IMG/VR virus record: IMGVR_UViG_3300016665_000396
Span: 1-59,164 of that record
Direction: 5' to 3' (one strand)
DNA from: a virus
Lineage: Duplodnaviria; Caudoviricetes
Length of the DNA: 59,164 nt
Part shown: piece after piece, positions 56,755-59,164 of the stretch
Layout of the letters: the number at the start of each line of letters is the position of its first letter
Position numbering within the stretch: the stretch's first letter is position 1
Notes under the pieces: model-generated
Told to the model about the DNA's origin: nothing
What the model saw: the letters and a program-made list of their open reading frames with translations, nothing else
Databases searched by the model: none
Made by a program: the position numbers and the translations under genes

Positions 56755-57981
56755 TCAGGCGCTTAACTCGTCAGCGGTTCTTACATCACCATCAGCTATA
56801 CCCTCATAAGTGATATGATCCTCTGGTTTTTCATTGCCGCTAATGATGAGTGCAGCATCCATCAGAGCGTTAACATATTCTGAATACTCTGCTTTGTTCA
56901 AAACTTTCTGTGCAAATTCGTTTTTATAGAACTTGACTTCGGTTCCTACTTCACCTGTTCTTAAGTCGGTTACTGTGAATGTTTTCCATGCACCATCACC
57001 GGCAATAGATACAGACTTATCTCCTACAACAACACCATTCTTTGCATTCTTACAATGCTCACGAAGAAGGTCAAATATCTCTTCTTCTTCAAAGATGCCA
57101 CGTCCAAACAAGATACGGAAACCAACCTTACGGAAAGGCTTTGCTACCTTGTTCTTAATGGTCTTTGCTGTTACGTTAATCCCGAGGACGTTATCATCCT
57201 TATCCTTTATAGCTGAACCACCATCAAGGCGGATACGAACCGAAGAAGAATATGGGATTGCCATGCCACCAGATGTTGTGGTTGGATCACCGAACATTAC
57301 GCCGATCTTCTGTCTCTGTTGGCTTACAAGAACCAATAGAACCTTCTGACCACCGATAACGTTAGCAATCTTTCTCATGCCCTTGGATAGAACACGGGCT
57401 TGTAGACCTATTGTGTTCTGATCATAGTCGCCTTCCAGTTCAGCCTTTGGGGATGATTGAGAGACGCTATCCCAAATGACGGTAACAGGAACGTCTTTGG
57501 TCATAGTGCGGGCTTTAAGGATAGTGCTCTCTATTACGGAGAGTATTTCCTCTGTGCATGGGGACTGAACGAAAACAAATCTTCTTGCTACATCAACGCC
57601 CATATTAGCAAGGGTGTCTGGATTTGTTGCGTTCTCGGTATCAATATAGACCGCAATGCCACCCATTCTTTGGGTAGAACGTGCTATTTGAGCCATTAGG
57701 GTTGATTTACCGATACCGGGTGGACCTTGTATTTCTACAATACGTCCTTCTGGCATTCCACCGCCACGACGATTAGAGATAATATAATCTAACTGACGTG
57801 AACCTGTAGAAATCCAGCGATGAACATGGGTTGGTGCATCGTCTACACCAAGATTGAAAGCAATCTTATCGTTATGTTCTTTATTGATTGCTTTGATAAG
57901 ATCGGATGAAAAGTCATCCATTACTGTATCTTGAACTGTTTGCTGCGTATCTCCTGATTTTTTTGTTGTAGGTTTTGCCAT
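56755..57981 (-). CDS. recA: RecA/UvsX recombinase
   Basis: GPPGIGKST, IDTENA, DSV, GLQAR, TTSGG, KNKVAKPF. Confidence 0.95.
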   Translation of the reverse strand: MAKPTTKKSGDTQQTVQDTVMDDFSSDLIKAINKEHNDKIAFNLGVDDAPTHVHRWISTGSRQLDYIISNRRGGGMPEGRIVEIQGPPGIGKSTLMAQIARSTQRMGGIAVYIDTENATNPDTLANMGVDVARRFVFVQSPCTEEILSVIESTILKARTMTKDVPVTVIWDSVSQSSPKAELEGDYDQNTIGLQARVLSKGMRKIANVIGGQKVLLVLVSQQRQKIGVMFGDPTTTSGGMAIPYSSSVRIRLDGGSAIKDKDDNVLGINVTAKTIKNKVAKPFRKVGFRILFGRGIFEEEEIFDLLREHCKNAKNGVVVGDKSVSIAGDGAWKTFTVTDLRTGEVGTEVKFYKNEFAQKVLNKAEYSEYVNALMDAALIISGNEKPEDHITYEGIADGDVRTADELSA

Positions 57982-58085
57982 GTGTTTCCTTCTTCTTTTT
58001 ACATCATACAGAAATCTAAATCATAGATAAACGAATAGGACCACATTTTTGGTGCGGTCCTACTGTTTTCTATCCCATGTTTATT

Positions 58086-58907
58086 TCAGAGGTCAGAAAA
58101 GGCATCATCGATCGATTTCTTTGCCTTCTTTGCCTTTGCCTCTGAAACGGTCCTATCCTTGACCTCTTCTACTTCCTCTGTCTCTTCGGAGGAGGAACCA
58201 TTACCAGCAAGGAAGTTTTGAAGCATAGCATTAAGCTCGTCCTCACTCTTTACTTGCGCCTTGAAGTAAGCCTCAAGGTTAGGAATGGCAGCAACAATCT
58301 TATCTGACACATCACTGCTCTTGGCAAGCGGTGAGGGCTTACGTCGTGGCTGAAGCTTGATATCCTTAACTGGATTACCAGCAAAGGTCTTATCAGTTGG
58401 AGATACGGTTACTGTGAAGTCATAACCGTTTTCTGGATCCATAAGGTTTTCATCCTTATAGTCAGGGTGAGCAAGAACGCTGTAAATATCCTTTACAAGC
58501 TTGCTGTTTAGCTCCCAGAGCTGAACACCCTTATCCTCTTCACCACGAACGATGATTGGGGCATAGTAGCGTTCCTTTGGCTGGAGATTACGCCAAAGTG
58601 TCCAAGCTTCCTTGGACTTATCCTTCTTTAGCTCGGTTAGGAGATTAAAGACAGGATCGGTTGTGCCTTCAAACTGACAACCGGCGACGAAACGGCGTTC
58701 CGAAAGAAGACGACTATCATAATAGCTTACCTCATGGAAAGGCTGACCATTACGATCTTGATATGGGAGGAAGCGAATGTCATGCTGACCAAGCTGCGGC
58801 TTCCACCAGTTTACTTTTGTCTTTTCTGTGGTCTTTGAACCGGCTGCTGCACGATTACCAGAAAGTTGATTGATTTTTGCCTTAATGGCATCAAGATTGT
58901 AGCTCAT
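58086..58907 (-). CDS. gp32-like single-stranded DNA-binding protein
   Basis: IRFLP, DP, DPENGYDF, acidic C-terminus ending DDAFSDL. Confidence 0.8.
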   Translation of the reverse strand: MSYNLDAIKAKINQLSGNRAAAGSKTTEKTKVNWWKPQLGQHDIRFLPYQDRNGQPFHEVSYYDSRLLSERRFVAGCQFEGTTDPVFNLLTELKKDKSKEAWTLWRNLQPKERYYAPIIVRGEEDKGVQLWELNSKLVKDIYSVLAHPDYKDENLMDPENGYDFTVTVSPTDKTFAGNPVKDIKLQPRRKPSPLAKSSDVSDKIVAAIPNLEAYFKAQVKSEDELNAMLQNFLAGNGSSSEETEEVEEVKDRTVSEAKAKKAKKSIDDAFSDL

Positions 58908-58941
58908 TTATTCACCTATGTTGCCCAATGGGACTTTAATG

Positions 58942-59008
58942 ATACAGAGGAAGGATATAAGCCATAAAATCCACTATTGGATACAAAAGCTTATAAGAAC
59001 CTCTGTAT
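58942..59008 (-). promoter_or_regulatory. Nested long stem-loop in the SSB 5' leader
   Basis: Concentric pairs ATACAGAGG/CCTCTGTAT, TATAAGC/GCTTATA and ATCCA/TGGAT. Confidence 0.7.
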
Positions 59009-59117
59009 GTTAAATATACATCAAAATACTGTTTTTGTCTCTCTCTGTTCTTATAACCTACATCACCAGAAAATACATTTAAACCGCTATATTTATAGAA
59101 AACTGAAAGGCTATAAT

Positions 59118-59164
59118 ATGAAAATTACTGTTAAACAACTTAAGCAACTTATCCGTGAACAAGT
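59118..59164 (+). CDS. Partial ORF MKITVKQLKQLIREQ, truncated by the window end
   Basis: TATTTATA motif at 59090 and an LKxLIxE leader. Confidence 0.7.
   Translation, partial: MKITVKQLKQLIREQ

Noticed and set aside
1-59164. Stop-codon reassignment
   Set aside because: Conserved genes are full length in the standard code and TGA, TAA and TAG all end genes

Overview
This is a 59-kb segment of a large (jumbo-type) dsDNA tailed phage read in the standard code. Lipoprotein and spanin-like genes point to a diderm host, and the early-gene codon bias suggests it is GC-rich (inference). The window holds a replication/nucleotide block (DnaE, gp41-like helicase, gp32-like SSB, RecA, 5'-3' nuclease, NrdA/B, ThyX, dUTPase, two DEDDh exonucleases), three paralogous fibre-like virion genes, lysis genes, three tRNAs and many host-like auxiliary genes (peptide deformylase, Hsp20, ClpP, SOD, UvsE, patatin, PAP2, an actin-like ATPase, a MoxR-AAA/VWA pair). 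The most striking signal is a coherent gene-expression programme. (1) A sigma70-family factor is split between regions 4.1 and 4.2 into two ORFs, and two further genes carry stand-alone sigma4.2-like HTHs. (2) Extended -10 early promoters repeatedly sit 5-7 nt from the ATG, implying leaderless mRNAs. (3) A TA(T/A/C)TTA late motif recurs, twice inside hairpins that hide the start region. (4) tRNAs for ATA/TTA/TTG match codons avoided by GC-rich early genes but used by AT-rich genes. (5) L/I-x-E leader motifs suggest head packaging of SOD, an exonuclease and a sigma4-like protein. All protein assignments are from motif recognition by eye; no searches were run.
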